A stretch of DNA of 64,000 bases from Squalus acanthias (taxonomy: Eukaryota), in assembly GCA_030390025.1 (NCBI GenBank), contig CM059432.1:83392001-83456000 (forward strand), in the 5' to 3' direction. A program made the position numbers and the translations under genes. Shown in pieces: positions 61,945 to 64,000 of this stretch; positions within the stretch are counted from its first letter, which is position 1, and each line of letters starts with the position of its first letter. The notes under the pieces are model-generated. The model worked only from the letters and a program-made list of their open reading frames with translations, had not been told where the DNA came from and searched no databases.

Positions 61945-64000
61945 TTTTTTCTTTTATTCGTTTATGGGATGTGGGCGTCGCTGGTAAGGCCAGCATTTAT
62001 CGCCCATCCCTAATTGCCCTTGAGAAGGTGGTGGTGGTGAGCCGCCTTCTTGAACCGCTGCAGTCCGTGTGGTGAAGGTATTACCACAGTGCTGTTAGGT
62101 AGGGAGTTCCAGGATTTTGACCCAGCGACGATGAAGGATCGCCGATATACTTCTAAGTCAGGATGGTGTGTGACTTGGAGGGGAACTTGGAGGTGATGGT
62201 ATTCCCATGCGCCTGCTGCCCTTGTCCTTCTAGGTGGAAGAGGTCGCGGGTTTGGGAGGTGCTGCTGAAGAAGCCTTGGTGAGTTGCTGCAGTGCATCTT
62301 GTAGATGGTACACACTGCAGCCACGGTATGCCGGTGGTGGAGGGAGTGAATGTTTAAGGTGGTGGATGGGGTGCCAATCAAGCGGGCTGCTTTGTCCTGG
62401 ATGGTGTCGAGCTTCTTGAGTTGTTGGAGCTGCACTCATCCAGGCAAGTGGAAAGTACTCCATCACACTCCTTACTTGTGCCTTGTAGATGGTGGAAAGG
62501 CTTTGGGGAGTCAGGAGGTGAGACACTCGCTGCAGAATACCTAGCCTCTGACCTGCTCTTGTTGCCACAGTATTTATGTGGCTGGTCCAGTTAAATTTCT
62601 GGTCAATGGTGACACCACCACAGGGTGTTGGTGGGGGATTTGGTGATGGTAATGGCGTTGAATGTCAAGGGGCGGTGGTTAAACTCTCGCTTGTTGGAGA
62701 TAGTCTTTGCCCGGCACTTCTGTGGCACGAATGTTACCTGCCACTTATCAGCCCAAGCCTGAACGTCGTTCAGGTCTTGTTGCATGCGGGCATGGACTGC
62801 TTCATTATCTGAGGAGTTGTGAATGGCACTGAACACTGTGCAGTCATCACCGAACATCCCCATTTCTGACCTTATGTTGGAGGGAAGGTCATTGATGAAG
62901 CAGCTGAAGATGGTTGGGACTAGGACACTGCCCTGAGGAACTCCTGCAGCGATGTCCTGGGGCTGTGACAATTGACCTTCAACCACCACAACCACCGTCC
63001 TTTATGCTAGGTATGACTCCAGTCAGTGGAGAGCTTTCCCCGATTCCCATTGACTTCAGTTTTACTCGGGCTCCTTGATGCCACACTCGGTCAAATGCTG
63101 CCTTGATGTCAAGGGCAGTCACTCTCACCTCGCCTCTGGAATTCAGCTCCTTTGTCCATGTTTGGACCAAGGCTGTAATGAGGTCTGGAGCCAAGTGGTC
63201 TTGACGGAACCCAAACTGGGCATCAGTGAGCAGGTTATTGGTGAGTAAGTGCCGCTTGATAGCACTGTCGATGACACCTTCCATCACTTTGCTGATGATT
63301 GAGAGTAGACTGATGTGGCGGTAATTGGCTGGATTGGATTTGTCCTGCTTTTTGTGCTTCCACATTGTCGTATAGATGCCAGTGTTGTAGCTGTACTGGA
63401 ACAGCTTGGCTAGAGGCGCAGCTAGTTCTGGAGCACAAGTCTTCAGCACGATAGCTGGGATATTGTCGGGGTTCATAGCCTTTGCTGTATCCAGTGCACT
63501 CAGCCATTTCTTGATATCACGTTGAGTGAATTGAATTGGCTGAAGACTGGCTTCTGTGATGGTGGGGCCTTCAGGAGTAGGCCGATATGGACCATCCACT
63601 CGGCACTTCTGGCTGAAGATGGTTGCAAACGCTTCAGCCTTGTCTTTTGCACTCATGTGCTGTGCTCCACCATCATTGAGGATGGGGATATTCATGGAGC
63701 CTCCTCCTCCCATTAGTTGTTTAATGGTCAACCACCATTCGCCTGGTGCTGCTCCTGGCATGCTCTTCTACACTCCTTATTGAACCAGGGTTGGTCCCCT
63801 GGCTTGATGGTAATGGTAGAGTAAGGGATATGCCGGGCCATGAGGTTACAGATTGTTGTGGAATACAATTCTGCTGCTGCTGATGGCCCACAGTGCCTCA
63901 TGGATGCCCAGTTTTGAGCTGCTAGATGTGTTCTGAAAATATCCCATTTAGCACGGTGGTAGTGCCACACAACACGATGGAAGGTGTCTTCAGTGTGAAG
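61945..64000 (-). mobile_element. CR1-group LINE (family A), runs off the window end
   Basis: RT motifs NYRHISLL, QFGFR, LDIKAAFD and GVPQGS; 3' UTR hairpin at about 61963-62012. Confidence 0.92.

Overview
Repeat-dense vertebrate genomic DNA, very probably from a shark or ray, because it carries HE1-type V-SINEs, Deu-domain SINEs and HER1-like CR1 LINEs. The only host gene I can support is the last two coding exons of XKR9 (5578-5765 and 13944-14698, + strand). Most of the rest is nested transposons: CR1 LINEs (one near full length), a second CR1-group LINE family, L2 fragments, three decayed two-gene PIF/Harbinger transposons plus MITEs, Penelope-like fragments with hammerhead ribozyme motifs, and a Tigger-like MITE. 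The centrepiece is a 13.7-kb minus-strand provirus (23716-37461, TSD GCAG). It has a coiled-coil Gag, UGA-CGG gag-pol readthrough, a retrovirus-type RT, two RNase H domains, a GPY/F integrase and a spliced env. That env looks like an F-type class I fusion protein with an Ig-like N-terminal domain, so the architecture is lokiretrovirus-like. Its PBS and 3' LTR boundary are non-canonical. All family assignments come from motif recognition and memory; no database search was run.
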